Source of the DNA: Gammaproteobacteria bacterium
Lineage (GTDB): Bacteria > Pseudomonadota > Gammaproteobacteria > GCA-001735895
Length of the DNA stretch: 64,000 nt
NCBI GenBank assembly: GCA_050298595.1
Contig: JBNKUM010000075.1
Location: forward strand, 29,597 to 93,596
Direction: 5' to 3'
Each line of letters starts with the position of its first letter. The first letter of the stretch is position 1. The notes under the pieces are model-generated. The model worked only from the letters and a program-made list of their open reading frames with translations. It was not told where the DNA came from and ran no database searches. A program made the translations under genes and the position numbers. Below are positions 8,870 to 19,899 of this stretch, in pieces.

Positions 8870-10378
8870 TTAGCGCTGTAACAGTGGAATGCGGCGATAA
8901 TTGATGGCTTCGCTGATGCATTCCGTGGATATATGCTCCAGTTCTGTCAGGTCTGCAATCGTGCGTGCCAGTTTTAGCAGACGATGATAGCTGCGAGCAG
9001 AAAGCTTTAGTTTATCGACAGCCTGCGAAAGCAGGGCTTGAGAAGCCTGATCAGGTGTGCAATGATGCTCTATCTGCTGGTTATTCAGCTGCGAGTTCAG
9101 ACAGTTCTGGCGCTTGAGTTGTCGCTTTCTGGCCTGAATGACTCGGTAGCGAACCTGTTGACTGGTTTCCTGAGACTGTACTTTCTGGTGCAATAATTCA
9201 GTGTTTTTCAGTCTTGGTAATTCGATCTGAATATCAATGCGATCCAGGAAGGGGGCAGAGAGCCGGTTTTTATATCTTGAAAGTTGCTCGGCGCTACAGC
9301 TGCATTGCTGAATCGAGTCACAGCCGCCGGGGCAGGGGTTCATTGCTGCTACCAACTGGAATCCGGCAGGGTAACTGACCTGGCGAGAAGCACGCGAGAT
9401 GTGAATTTGTCCGGTTTCCAGTGGCTCTCTAAGAACTTCAATAGATTTGCGATCAAACTCAGTAAGCTCATCGAGAAAAAGAACGCCATTATGCGCTAAT
9501 GATATTTCTCCAGGTTTCGGATTCGAGCCTCCGCCGACTAGTGCGATACCTGAAACGGTATGATGAGGTGAGCGGAATGGGCGTATTTTCCATTGTTCCA
9601 GATCCAGCCCCTGGTCATTGCTGATCGAATGTATACTTAAGGTTTGTAGTGCATCATCCTGATTCATGTCCGGTAGCAGAGTATTCAGACGCTGCGCAAG
9701 CATACTTTTACCAGTACCCGGTGGACCCATCATAAGTAAATGATGACCTCCGGCTGCAGCTATCTCGAGTGCGCGCTTGGCCTGTGATTGTCCGATGACT
9801 TCGGAGATGTCCTGCCCATAGAAAACACTGTGACCAGTGTCGATTTCCGGGGGGCTAGGTAATACCTGGCCTCCGTTTAATGCGCTGCAAACCTGTGCCA
9901 GTGTTGAAGCCAGACGAGCATCGATATTTGGCAGGATAGAGGCTTCAGTGGCGTTATCTTCAGGCAGGATGACCTTGTTACCTGCTTTTTCAGTTTGTAT
10001 CAGCGCAGGGATTAATCCATTAACACGTCTCAATTCGCCGCTTAAAGCCAGCTCTCCATATAGTTCGTATTGATTGATGTGTTGAGTATTGACCTGTTCT
10101 GATGATGCAAGAATACCCAACGCAATGGCGAGGTCGTAGCGACCGCCTTCTTTAGGTAAGTCGGCTGGAGCAAGGTTGACGGTGATCTTGCGTGCAGGGA
10201 ATTGAAATCCTGAATTGATGATGGCACTACGTACACGATCACGGCTTTCTCTCACCGCCGCTTCCGGCAGGCCAACTATAGAAAAACAGGGCAGTCCATT
10301 CGAGATATGGACCTCAACACTAACGGCTGGTGCATGAATGCCTTCTTGCGCCCGGGTAACTAACTGGGTAAGTGCCAT
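8870..10378 (-). CDS. comM: YifB/ComM Mg-chelatase-like AAA+ ATPase
   Basis: VNLAPADLPKEGGRYDL, GPPGTGKS, PFRSPHH, GEISLAHNGVLFLDE. Confidence 0.92.
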   Translation of the reverse strand: MALTQLVTRAQEGIHAPAVSVEVHISNGLPCFSIVGLPEAAVRESRDRVRSAIINSGFQFPARKITVNLAPADLPKEGGRYDLAIALGILASSEQVNTQHINQYELYGELALSGELRRVNGLIPALIQTEKAGNKVILPEDNATEASILPNIDARLASTLAQVCSALNGGQVLPSPPEIDTGHSVFYGQDISEVIGQSQAKRALEIAAAGGHHLLMMGPPGTGKSMLAQRLNTLLPDMNQDDALQTLSIHSISNDQGLDLEQWKIRPFRSPHHTVSGIALVGGGSNPKPGEISLAHNGVLFLDELTEFDRKSIEVLREPLETGQIHISRASRQVSYPAGFQLVAAMNPCPGGCDSIQQCSCSAEQLSRYKNRLSAPFLDRIDIQIELPRLKNTELLHQKVQSQETSQQVRYRVIQARKRQLKRQNCLNSQLNNQQIEHHCTPDQASQALLSQAVDKLKLSARSYHRLLKLARTIADLTELEHISTECISEAINYRRIPLLQR

Positions 10379-10453
10379 AGTAATCCTTTACTCAAAAGAT
10401 CGCGCAATCATAACACCCGTTGGTTAAAACATACATATCTCCTGAAGTTCAGC

Positions 10454-10693
10454 TTATTGGGGGCTGTTTAACTGTTCAATGCGCTTTTCTAACTGTTCCA
10501 GTTTTTCTCGAGTTTTGGCAAGTACTTTGGTTTGAATATCAAACTCTTCGCGACTGACGAAATCCATTTTAGTTAATTGTTGTTGTAATAATGTTTTTAG
10601 CTTGTTATCGAAATCACTTTTCACCTGTTTAATACCTGGAGGTAATAGTGCCTCAATTCTTTCTGCTAGCTGGTTGATATGGCTTGTTTGCAT
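10454..10693 (-). CDS. ubiK: Ubiquinone biosynthesis accessory factor (YqiC/BMFP family)
   Basis: DFVSREEFDIQTKVLAKTREKLEQLE; conserved comM-ubiK-glnK synteny. Confidence 0.85.
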   Translation of the reverse strand: MQTSHINQLAERIEALLPPGIKQVKSDFDNKLKTLLQQQLTKMDFVSREEFDIQTKVLAKTREKLEQLEKRIEQLNSPQ

Positions 10694-10696
10694 GAT

Positions 10697-10763
10697 TGCC
10701 CCAATAGTGTGCGATTGAAAAAATACATGCACTAGATAAGTGCTCTCGCCCCTAAATCGTGCG
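10697..10763 (+). promoter_or_regulatory. Three NtrC-like binding sites upstream of glnK
   Basis: tgccccaatagtgtgcg, tgcactagataagtgct and cgcccctaaatcgtgcg resemble TGCAC-N7-GTGCA. Confidence 0.65.
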
Positions 10764-10838
10764 CGCTATTATTACATTTTTTGTTAAATTTGTCTCTATT
10801 TGCTGGTAAGTAGCTGATTTTACAGGGTTGGTTTTATG

Positions 10839-10855
10839 TTGGTCGATTAATTGCT
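10839..10855 (+). promoter_or_regulatory. sigma54 -24/-12 promoter of glnK-amtB
   Basis: ttGGtcgattaattGCt (GG-N10-GC). Confidence 0.75.
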
Positions 10856-10861
10856 TTGTAG

Positions 10862-11230
<369 letters not shown>

Positions 11231-11239
11231 GAGGACATC

Positions 11240-12508
11240 ATGGAAAATAATATTTTTGAGTTACAGTACGCGATAGACACTTTTTACTTTCTGGTGATGG
11301 GCGCACTTGTTATGTGGATGGCAGCTGGTTTTGCCATGTTAGAAGCCGGACTGGTTCGTGCAAAAAATACTACTGAAATCCTGACAAAAAATGTGGTTCT
11401 TTTCGCCATTGCCTGTACTGCTTATATGGTGATTGGTTATGCCATTATGTACGGTGGTGAATACTTCCTTTCGGGAATCGGTGATGTGGATGCAGATGCG
11501 GTATTGAAAGATTTTGCTGCTCGTGAAGATGGATTCCGTGGTGGTTCTATCTATTCAGGTGCTTCAGATTTCTTCTTCCAGGTGGTGTTCGTTGCAACAG
11601 CGATGTCTATCGTTTCTGGTGCGGTCGCTGAGCGCATGAAGCTTTGGGCATTTATGCTGTTTGCAGTTGTGATGACTGCTTTTATCTACCCTGTAGAAGG
11701 TTCATGGACCTGGGGTTCAGAAGGGTTTCTCGGTCTCAATCTGGATGACCAGTTTGGTTTTTCTGACTTTGCTGGATCCGGTATCGTACATATGGCCGGT
11801 GCTGCAGCAGCTTTAGCGGGTGTGTTATTACTGGGTGCTCGTAAAGGGAAGTATGGTGAAAACGGTCAGGTGAATGCATTCCCTGGTGCTAACCTGCCTT
11901 TAGCTACCCTGGGTACATTCATTCTGTGGTTAGGCTGGTTCGGTTTCAACGGTGGTTCAGTACTTAAATTGGGTGACATTGGCAACGCAAATGCTGTAGC
12001 CATGGTATTCCTGAATACCAATGCTGCTGCAGCTGGTGGTGTTATTGCTGCTCTTGTCGTTGCCAAGATTCTGTTTGGCAAGGCTGACCTGACCATGGCA
12101 TTAAACGGTGCTCTGGCTGGTCTGGTAGCTATTACTGCTGAGCCTTCAACCCCTGGCGCGCTGGCAGCTACCTTGATCGGTGCTTTCGGTGGTGCTCTGG
12201 TTGTTTTCTCAATCATTACTCTGGATAAGCTGAAAATTGATGACCCTGTTGGTGCGATCTCTGTACACGGTGTTGTTGGTTTCTGGGGCGTGATGGCGGT
12301 TCCCCTAACTAATGATGGCACTTCTTTTGGTGGACAATTAGTTGGTGCGGCAGCAATCTTTGGCTGGGTGTTTGTGAGCAGCCTGGTAGTCTGGTTCATC
12401 ATCAAGATGATTATGGGGCTACGTGTTACTGAAGAAGAAGAATACGAAGGTGTCGATCTCGCTGAATGCGGTATGGAAGCCTATCCTGAGTTCACTGGCG
12501 GTAAATAA
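11240..12508 (+). CDS. amtB: Ammonium transporter
   Basis: DFAGSGIVH, WFGFNGGS, IDDPVGAISVHG. Confidence 0.97.
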   Translation: MENNIFELQYAIDTFYFLVMGALVMWMAAGFAMLEAGLVRAKNTTEILTKNVVLFAIACTAYMVIGYAIMYGGEYFLSGIGDVDADAVLKDFAAREDGFRGGSIYSGASDFFFQVVFVATAMSIVSGAVAERMKLWAFMLFAVVMTAFIYPVEGSWTWGSEGFLGLNLDDQFGFSDFAGSGIVHMAGAAAALAGVLLLGARKGKYGENGQVNAFPGANLPLATLGTFILWLGWFGFNGGSVLKLGDIGNANAVAMVFLNTNAAAAGGVIAALVVAKILFGKADLTMALNGALAGLVAITAEPSTPGALAATLIGAFGGALVVFSIITLDKLKIDDPVGAISVHGVVGFWGVMAVPLTNDGTSFGGQLVGAAAIFGWVFVSSLVVWFIIKMIMGLRVTEEEEYEGVDLAECGMEAYPEFTGGK

Positions 12509-12529
12509 TTAACCTCCTTTGTATTTATT

Positions 12530-12556
12530 GCGGGTGCTTTTAGCGCCCGCTTTTTT
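12530..12556 (+). terminator. Rho-independent terminator after amtB
   Basis: gcgggtgc-tttta-gcgcccgc followed by T-tract. Confidence 0.85.
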
Positions 12557-12558
12557 AT

Positions 12559-12696
12559 GTACAGGATGTACGGGCAGATTTTTGCTCGGCTCTGGCTTCC
12601 TCGGCCCAGGCATCCTGCTTCGCCCTACCTCCTCCTTCCATGGAGTCGTGCTTCGCTCTACCATCTAAATCCCTTTAGGTGTCCTCGGCAATTGCT
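12559..12696. repeat. Nested cluster of 48-bp two-hairpin mini-elements
   Basis: Inner copy 12602-12649 lies inside outer copy 12587-12601 + 12650-12682; both align with 60875-60922. Confidence 0.8.
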
Positions 12697-12756
12697 TATA
12701 TAGCCTTGTCAGCACAGCTTTGCTATGATGCCGGCCTTTCTCTAGGGGTACTGTAA

Positions 12757-13149
12757 ATGCGTATAGTCTCTTCTTTTATTGGTTTTGCGCTGGCGATTGC
12801 GATCAGTATCTTCATTTTTGCCCCTGATCGTTTACCGGTGGGTTACGGATTTAAACCCGTACCAGTTGAGCTGGTGGTTGAAAATAATCTGGCGAGCCAA
12901 CTGGTTGAGACGGTTACCGGTAAAAGTGCTAAGAATCTGGTGATAACAAATACATCGGATGCACCTATCTACAATCTAACCTTGACCTTGATGGATGAAA
13001 ATAAGCAGATAAAGCATCAGCATATTAGCGCATTGTTGCCTGCTGCCCAGAAAGTGACTCTGGGTTGGGCTAATAAATGGTCTGTACAGGCCGGTGATCA
13101 ATTAGAAGTAAAGGCATCAGCCTATTATCAGGTGGTTTGGGCGTTATGA
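12757..13149 (+). CDS. Hypothetical protein with N-terminal membrane anchor
   Basis: 130-aa ORF, hydrophobic N-terminus, overlaps next start. Confidence 0.7.
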   Translation: MRIVSSFIGFALAIAISIFIFAPDRLPVGYGFKPVPVELVVENNLASQLVETVTGKSAKNLVITNTSDAPIYNLTLTLMDENKQIKHQHISALLPAAQKVTLGWANKWSVQAGDQLEVKASAYYQVVWAL

Positions 13150-13427
13150 GTAAAGCCATACATTGTTATATCTATCGTAGTGAGCGCAAGGCAGATACCT
13201 ATCTATACCTACGTGAAAAAGATGACTTTTCTGAGATTCCAGTTGAGTTAATGAGAGTATTTGGCGAAGCTGAATTCAGCTTTGAGTTTGATTTAACACC
13301 AGATCGCCAACTGGCTAAAGAAAACCCGGGAGAGGTTTATAACAACCTTAAGCAGCAGGGCTACCATTTGCAGATGGCATCAGATCTATTGATAGAACAG
13401 CAACTGGCACTGAAAGGGCTGAATTAG
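13146..13427 (+). CDS. ycgL: YcgL domain protein
   Basis: CYIYRSERKADTYLY..DDFSEIP..QGYHLQM. Confidence 0.85.
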   Translation: MSKAIHCYIYRSERKADTYLYLREKDDFSEIPVELMRVFGEAEFSFEFDLTPDRQLAKENPGEVYNNLKQQGYHLQMASDLLIEQQLALKGLN

Positions 13428-13670
13428 TAGCTAAATAAATAGGGATTTCTAAGTGGGGTTGGTCAGTAAAACAATAAATTTGAAAAATCCTTGGGCATAG
13501 AGATATCGAGTTTCCGCAATTTTTCCCAACCTTTTATCAGTTTATCGAAATAATTTGCAATAAAAAGCCCCGCTTTTTGCATCACTTTTACCAATATTTA
13601 AATATCTCATATATAATCCGGCCTCCTTATTCATTAGCAGTTATTAATACACTGAAATCCAGAGATTTCC

Positions 13671-15482
13671 ATGATCGAAAAATTACGAAATATTGCCATT
13701 ATTGCCCATGTTGACCATGGGAAGACGACCCTGGTAGATAAACTGCTGGAACAATCCGGAACCTTTGACGCTCGTGCCCAGATGGGTGAACGCGTGATGG
13801 ACAGTAATGAACTGGAACAGGAACGTGGTATCACCATCCTGTCGAAGAATACTGCACTACGCTGGAATGATTATCGCATCAATATTGTAGATACCCCCGG
13901 ACACGCGGATTTTGGCGGCGAGGTCGAGCGCGTTATGTCTATGGTAGATAGCGTGTTATTGCTGGTAGATGCGGTTGATGGCCCCATGCCTCAAACTCGT
14001 TTTGTAACGCAAAAAGCGCTGCAGCAAGGCTTAAAGCCGATTGTGGTTATCAATAAGATAGACCGTCCCAGTAGCCGCCCTGATTGGGTTGTTGATCAAA
14101 CCTTTGATCTATTTGATCGACTCGGCGCTACTGATGAGCAGATGGATTTCCAGGTCGTTTACGCCTCTGCGCTACAGGGATTTTCAACGCTGGATCATGA
14201 AAAACCGGGTACCGATATGACGGCCCTTTTTCAGACTATCGTGGACAAGGTTCCGCCGCCAGATGTGGACATGGATGGTCCCTTCCAGATGCAGGTTAGT
14301 TCACTGGATTACAATAGTTATGTGGGCGTCATTGGTATCGGTCGTATTAAGCGAGGTAGAGTGAAGACCAATGCCCAGGTTGTTTTGATTAACCCTGAAG
14401 GAGAAACCCGTAAAGCCAAGATTTTACAGGTGCTGGGATTCAATGGCCTGGAGAGAATAGAGGTACCTGAAGCTGAAGCGGGCGATATTATTGCTTTTAC
14501 TGGTATTTCTGGATTACAGATCTCAGATACGCTTTGCGACCCGGAACATGTTGAAGCCTTGCCAGCGCTGACGGTCGATGAACCTACGGTAACCATGAAC
14601 TTCCAGGTGAACACTTCCCCATTCGCGGGCAAGGATGGTAAGTATGTGACCTCCAGGCAGATCTATGAGCGTTTACAGAAAGAACTGGAGCACAATGTTG
14701 CTTTGCGCGTAGAAACTACTGACAATCCTGATCGCTTCAAGGTTTCCGGGCGCGGAGAGTTGCATCTTGCGATATTAATAGAAACCATGCGTCGTGAAGG
14801 TTATGAGCTTGCTGTTTCCCGACCAGAAGTTATTAATAGAGAAGTGGATGGTGTCATTATGGAGCCTTTCGAATCGGTAACTATCGATGTTGAGTCGCAG
14901 CACCAGGGCACTATCATGGAAACCTTTGGTAATCGTGGTGGCGAAATAGTCGATATGGTTCCCGATGGTCAGGGGCGTATTCGCCTGGATTATAAGATTC
15001 CTGCCAGAGGTCTGATCGGATTTCGCAATGAATTCCTCACAGCAACTCAGGGTACTGGTTTGATGTATAGTATTTTTGATAGCTATGGTCCGGTTAAAAA
15101 GACCGATTCAGTGACCAGGAATAATGGTGTCATGATATCTAATGGTCAGGGAAAAGCTTTGGGGTACGCACTGTTTAACCTGCAGGAACGTGGTAAATTA
15201 TTTATTGGTCATGGCGAAGAAGTTTACGAAGGCATGCTAATAGGTATACATAGTCGCGCCAATGATCTTACCGTAAACCCTTTGAAGGCCAAGCAGCTTA
15301 CTAATATTCGTGCAGCCGGTACCGATGAAAATCTGGTATTAGTGACACCGATTAAAATGACTCTGGAACAGGCGCTTGAATTTATTGATGACGATGAACT
15401 GGTCGAAGTTACCCCGACATCAATTCGTCTACGTAAAAAACACCTTACAGAAAATGAAAGGAAGCGCGCTTCACGAGGCTAA
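13671..15482 (+). CDS. typA: Translational GTPase TypA/BipA
   Basis: [41 protein letters not shown]. Confidence 0.97.
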   Translation: MIEKLRNIAIIAHVDHGKTTLVDKLLEQSGTFDARAQMGERVMDSNELEQERGITILSKNTALRWNDYRINIVDTPGHADFGGEVERVMSMVDSVLLLVDAVDGPMPQTRFVTQKALQQGLKPIVVINKIDRPSSRPDWVVDQTFDLFDRLGATDEQMDFQVVYASALQGFSTLDHEKPGTDMTALFQTIVDKVPPPDVDMDGPFQMQVSSLDYNSYVGVIGIGRIKRGRVKTNAQVVLINPEGETRKAKILQVLGFNGLERIEVPEAEAGDIIAFTGISGLQISDTLCDPEHVEALPALTVDEPTVTMNFQVNTSPFAGKDGKYVTSRQIYERLQKELEHNVALRVETTDNPDRFKVSGRGELHLAILIETMRREGYELAVSRPEVINREVDGVIMEPFESVTIDVESQHQGTIMETFGNRGGEIVDMVPDGQGRIRLDYKIPARGLIGFRNEFLTATQGTGLMYSIFDSYGPVKKTDSVTRNNGVMISNGQGKALGYALFNLQERGKLFIGHGEEVYEGMLIGIHSRANDLTVNPLKAKQLTNIRAAGTDENLVLVTPIKMTLEQALEFIDDDELVEVTPTSIRLRKKHLTENERKRASRG

Positions 15483-15565
15483 TAAAGAGGATGATTTTAT
15501 CAATCAAAGCGTACACAATAGTACGCCTTGGTTGATTAATTGGAAGGTAGCAATGGTGTCAAATA

Positions 15566-16675
15566 ATGCCTGAGATGATCGGTACCCCTTCAATTCTGCT
15601 GGTAACCGGGTCTACTCAAACAACGCGTTCTATTGATAAACTGTTGTCATCGCAGTTTAATGTTTTGCATGCTGAAGATGGCAAAAAGGCCTGGGAGATT
15701 TTACAGGACAAGCCTTCTATCGGTGTGCTCATCTGTGCGCTGAAAAAATCTGTTGATAAATCAGCCTTGCTGGAAAGAATTCGTCACGCAAATAATAAGT
15801 TATTGAGAGCTTTACCAGTATTGTTGCTGGTAGGCGAAACTGATACAGAAGACCTGCGGGACCAGGCTTTTTCAGTCGGAGCAACAGACTTTATCAATAT
15901 GCCGTTTTCCAGTATTGAACTGAAAACTCGCGTTCGATTACATGCTCAACTTTATAGTATCTACAGCCAGAACCAGCAAGAGGAAGAGCTGGAAGAAGGT
16001 GTTGATATTGATCTGTTAAATACCCTGATGCAACAGAAGGTATTTCTTACCCGCTTACAGCAGGAGATGTCTTTTTCGATACGCCATAAATCCTATATCA
16101 GTGTATGTCTGCTCAAGATTGATAGCGCTGATGAGCTGAGTGATGAATATGGTAAAGACGTATTTACTGCAATCCTAAGAGCACAGGCCAATAATATAGA
16201 AAAGCAAATCCGCAAAGAAGACAGTTTTGCCTATATGGGGGATGCTACTTTTGCAATTCTGTTACCAGTCACTAATGGAATGGGCGCTAATGTGGCAGTT
16301 AACCGTATCATGGAAAAGCTAAAAAGAATGAATCTGAAGCATGAAGGAGTGTCCATCGTTTCAACTCATAGTGCCGGGTTATACTCCTTTCTGCCCGAGG
16401 AAAGCATGACAACAGATGACATCATGCAAACTCTTGAGAAGCGATTATTAACGGCAGAACAAAAAGGTCCTGGTCAGTTAGTGAGTAGTAAAAGCGAAGT
16501 AGAAGGAGCTAAAATCAGTGTGGAGCAGGCGCTTAACAAGATTCATTACGGGCATACCGATGATTTGGGCAGGTATTTACCCGATTTACTTGAAACACTA
16601 AAACCTTTACTCAGGTTTGCTCATCAACAGAATGCAATTGATTTGCAGGATCTTATCGAAACTCTTGATGACTAG
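15566..16675 (+). CDS. Pseudo-receiver plus degenerate GGDEF protein
   Basis: REC fold (GATDFINMPF) lacks the acidic pocket; GGDEF position reads MGDATF. Confidence 0.75.
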   Translation: MPEMIGTPSILLVTGSTQTTRSIDKLLSSQFNVLHAEDGKKAWEILQDKPSIGVLICALKKSVDKSALLERIRHANNKLLRALPVLLLVGETDTEDLRDQAFSVGATDFINMPFSSIELKTRVRLHAQLYSIYSQNQQEEELEEGVDIDLLNTLMQQKVFLTRLQQEMSFSIRHKSYISVCLLKIDSADELSDEYGKDVFTAILRAQANNIEKQIRKEDSFAYMGDATFAILLPVTNGMGANVAVNRIMEKLKRMNLKHEGVSIVSTHSAGLYSFLPEESMTTDDIMQTLEKRLLTAEQKGPGQLVSSKSEVEGAKISVEQALNKIHYGHTDDLGRYLPDLLETLKPLLRFAHQQNAIDLQDLIETLDD

Positions 16676-16680
16676 CCATT

Positions 16681-17205
16681 ATGCAGGCAGAAGCTAGTAG
16701 AAACCGTTTGCTAAGTTGGCTGCGCACTCTATTTATCTATTCACTCATCTTTATTGTAAGCAGTTTTATCGGAAACCTCTGGTTAACCCGAAATCAGGCA
16801 AAGGATGCAGCACCTCAAATTGTTGGGCAAGATTTAGAAGGTAATGAGCTACAGATAAAATTCAGTCAGTATGATAAGCCTGCAATTCTGTATTTTTTTG
16901 CCGACTGGTGCCCTATCTGTAAATTTCAGCACCCAGTAATCAGTGCTCTTGCTGCAGATTATCCGGTTATTGCGATAGCAATGCAGTCAGGTAATAACCT
17001 GCAACTCAAACAATATATCCAGCAACAGGAAGTATCTTTACCTGTGATCAATGATAGCGACGGTAGAATCAGTGCAGCATTCGGTGTACAGGGTGTTCCA
17101 GCAGTTTTTATTATTCAGCAAGATGATACTATTGCCTATAGTACACGAGGTTATAGCAGTGAAATAGGTCTGCTTATTCGCCTGTGGCTTGCTCAAATAG
17201 AATAG
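16681..17205 (+). CDS. Membrane-anchored thioredoxin-like protein (TlpA/ScsD-like)
   Basis: YFFADWCPIC, FGVQGVPA. Confidence 0.85.
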   Translation: MQAEASRNRLLSWLRTLFIYSLIFIVSSFIGNLWLTRNQAKDAAPQIVGQDLEGNELQIKFSQYDKPAILYFFADWCPICKFQHPVISALAADYPVIAIAMQSGNNLQLKQYIQQQEVSLPVINDSDGRISAAFGVQGVPAVFIIQQDDTIAYSTRGYSSEIGLLIRLWLAQIE

Positions 17206-17355
17206 TTTCAGGTTTAAATCAAATCATACTATTTGAGCATAGAATAGAGGCTTGTAAAGCCTTCATTAAGCCATAAAAGTTGTATATTGAAACTATTTGC
17301 GTTATAGATAGGTTCCTATCAACCTGTTGGCAGTAATTTTGAGGAGAGCATCGTA

Positions 17356-19809
17356 ATGAATACCCTGATATTTATTGGCGGATTACTCGCCCTGATATAC
17401 GCCACTACACGCATCTCTTTGCCGTTCAGGCATTGGTCTTTGATCGGTATTGCCGCGTTGACACTGTTCACTTTTAATAACGGTTTTAGTCTGACATGGG
17501 GCTTGATAATCTGGACCCTGTTGTTGATTCCTTTAGTGTTTCTGGGTATCGAGAGCCTGCGCATGCGGCTGTTATCCGTTCCCTTGTTAAATCGAATTAG
17601 AAAGATACTGCCGCCGATGTCTGAAACCGAGCGAGATGCTATCGAATCCGGTACGGTCTGGTGGGAAGCAGAATTATTCCGTGGCAATCCAGACTGGGAC
17701 AAGCTGCTTAAATACAAAAAACCAGTTCTTAGTCAGCGCGAACAGGAGTTTCTAGACGGTCCCGTTGAAGAACTTTGCGCAATGATCGATGACTGGGATA
17801 TCACACATAATCGAAATGATCTGCCTCCAGAAGTATGGGACTTTCTTAAACAGAAAGGATTCTTTGGCATGATCATTCCGCGTAAATATGGCGGCCTTGA
17901 ATTCTCTGCGCATGCGCACTCAGCAGTTGTAATGAAGATTTCTTCACGCAGTATTTCTGTGGGGGTGACAGCCATGGTGCCGAATTCGCTAGGACCTGCA
18001 GAACTGTTACAGCATTACGGAACCGAAGAGCAGAAAGAATACTACCTGCCACGCCTGGCGGATGGTCGAGAAATCCCCTGTTTTGCCTTAAGCGGGCCAT
18101 CTGCCGGCTCAGATGCTGGATCAATACCAGATGCTGGGATAGTGTGCGAAGGGGAGTTTGAAGGTGAAACCGTTGTGGGTCTGCGCATCAATTGGGAGAA
18201 AAGATACATAACGCTGGGGCCGGTTGCGACAGTGCTAGGGCTGGCTTTTAAGGTATATGATCCTGATGGCTTGCTGGGTGATAAGCCAGAGCTTGGCATT
18301 ACCTGCGCTTTGATTCCAGTGAATACGCCAGGTATTGATATCGGCAATCGACATCTACCTCTGAGCGCGGCCTTTCAAATCGGACCGAACCGTGGCAAGG
18401 ATGTATTTATTCCAATGGATTACATCATCGGTGGTGAGAAAATGATCGGTAAGGGCTGGCGCATGCTGGTCGAGTCGCTGTCGGTTGGTCGCGGAATATC
18501 TCTACCTGCGGTAAGTGCCGGTGCCGGTAAGATGAGTGCGCGTGTTACTGGAGCTTATGCTCGAGTTCGAAAGCAATTCAAAACCTCTATAGGTCGATTT
18601 GAAGGGGTGGAAGAAGTTTTAGCACGTATGGCTGGCATGAGTTATTTTATGGATGCGGGTCGTCTGTTAACGCTATCTGCACTGGATGCAGGTGAAAAAC
18701 CCTCGGTGGTTACTGCGATGATCAAGTATCACAATACTGAACAAATGCGTCAGGTCATTAATGACTCTATGGATATTCACGGCGGTCGAGGTATCTGCCT
18801 GGGGCCAACCAATTATATTGGGCGTGGATATCAAACGCTACCTGTAGGGATTACCGTTGAAGGTGCGAATATCCTGACCCGAACCATGATTATTTTCGGA
18901 CAGGGTGCAATTCGCTGTCATCCCTATCTGGTGCGAGAAATGGAAGCAGCAACCAATGAAGATCGAGCTGCAGGAGAAAAAGCATTTGATCAGGCGCTAA
19001 CTGGGCACATGTCATATTTTGCATTAAACATGATGCGGGCATTTATCCTGGGTTTGAGTGGTTCACACCTCGCAGGTAGTCCGATCAAGGGGCATGTTTC
19101 TCAGTATTACAAGCGCCTGTCACAGATGAGTGCGGCCTTTGCTGTGGTGGCTGATCTGGCGCTCATGATGTTGGGTGGCAGCTTGAAGCGAAAGGAAAAG
19201 ATTTCTGGTCGTTTTGCCGATGCACTGAGTTATATGTTTTATACCTCAGCAATCCTGAAAAAATTTGAAGATGATGGGCGACCCAGCGCTGATCTTCCGC
19301 TGATGGAATATAGTGCTAAGTATAGCCTCTATCAAACTCAGAAGGCGCTCGATGAAATCCTGCGCAACTTTCCCAGTAAAGCTGTGGGATTGATTGTACG
19401 TTTGATGATTTTCCCATTAGGTCTAAGTTTGAGATTACCAAACGACGCCCTGGGTCATCGTGCAGCATCCATATTGTTAAATCCAGGAGAGGTGAGAGAT
19501 CGTTTAACCAGAGGTATATATGTCAGTCATGATGCTGAGGATATTACTGGTCGGTTAGAAGATGCGCTTGAAAAAATGATACAGGCTGAAGTCATTGAAA
19601 AAAGATTGCGTGCAGATAACAAAGTGCAGCCAGCTCTGATGGATGATGAGAGCTGGATGAAACAATTACTGGAAGAGGGCAAGTTGACAGAGGAAGAGCT
19701 AGCAAAGCTCCAGGCGTCAGCTATTGCGACTCGCACAGTGATTATGGTGGATGAATTTACACCAGAACAGGTAACTGGCCAAAGCAAGCCGGCCAATAAA
19801 GAGGCTTAA
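17356..19809 (+). CDS. fadE: Acyl-CoA dehydrogenase
   Basis: 817 aa; VPNSLGPAELL, KRYITLGPVATVLGLAF, ITVEGANILTR. Confidence 0.93.
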   Translation: MNTLIFIGGLLALIYATTRISLPFRHWSLIGIAALTLFTFNNGFSLTWGLIIWTLLLIPLVFLGIESLRMRLLSVPLLNRIRKILPPMSETERDAIESGTVWWEAELFRGNPDWDKLLKYKKPVLSQREQEFLDGPVEELCAMIDDWDITHNRNDLPPEVWDFLKQKGFFGMIIPRKYGGLEFSAHAHSAVVMKISSRSISVGVTAMVPNSLGPAELLQHYGTEEQKEYYLPRLADGREIPCFALSGPSAGSDAGSIPDAGIVCEGEFEGETVVGLRINWEKRYITLGPVATVLGLAFKVYDPDGLLGDKPELGITCALIPVNTPGIDIGNRHLPLSAAFQIGPNRGKDVFIPMDYIIGGEKMIGKGWRMLVESLSVGRGISLPAVSAGAGKMSARVTGAYARVRKQFKTSIGRFEGVEEVLARMAGMSYFMDAGRLLTLSALDAGEKPSVVTAMIKYHNTEQMRQVINDSMDIHGGRGICLGPTNYIGRGYQTLPVGITVEGANILTRTMIIFGQGAIRCHPYLVREMEAATNEDRAAGEKAFDQALTGHMSYFALNMMRAFILGLSGSHLAGSPIKGHVSQYYKRLSQMSAAFAVVADLALMMLGGSLKRKEKISGRFADALSYMFYTSAILKKFEDDGRPSADLPLMEYSAKYSLYQTQKALDEILRNFPSKAVGLIVRLMIFPLGLSLRLPNDALGHRAASILLNPGEVRDRLTRGIYVSHDAEDITGRLEDALEKMIQAEVIEKRLRADNKVQPALMDDESWMKQLLEEGKLTEEELAKLQASAIATRTVIMVDEFTPEQVTGQSKPANKEA

Positions 19810-19899
19810 AATGGATTTACCATCCTTGCCTGCTCAAGGATGGTTATTTCATGATTTTAACGATATGACTAGTTCATAATAAGTACTATTGAGGATAAT

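Noticed and set aside
17219-17236. Palindrome tcaaat-N6-atttga upstream of fadE as a PsrA/FadR operator
   Set aside because: Spacing and bases differ from the consensus I recall; cannot be supported without a motif scan.
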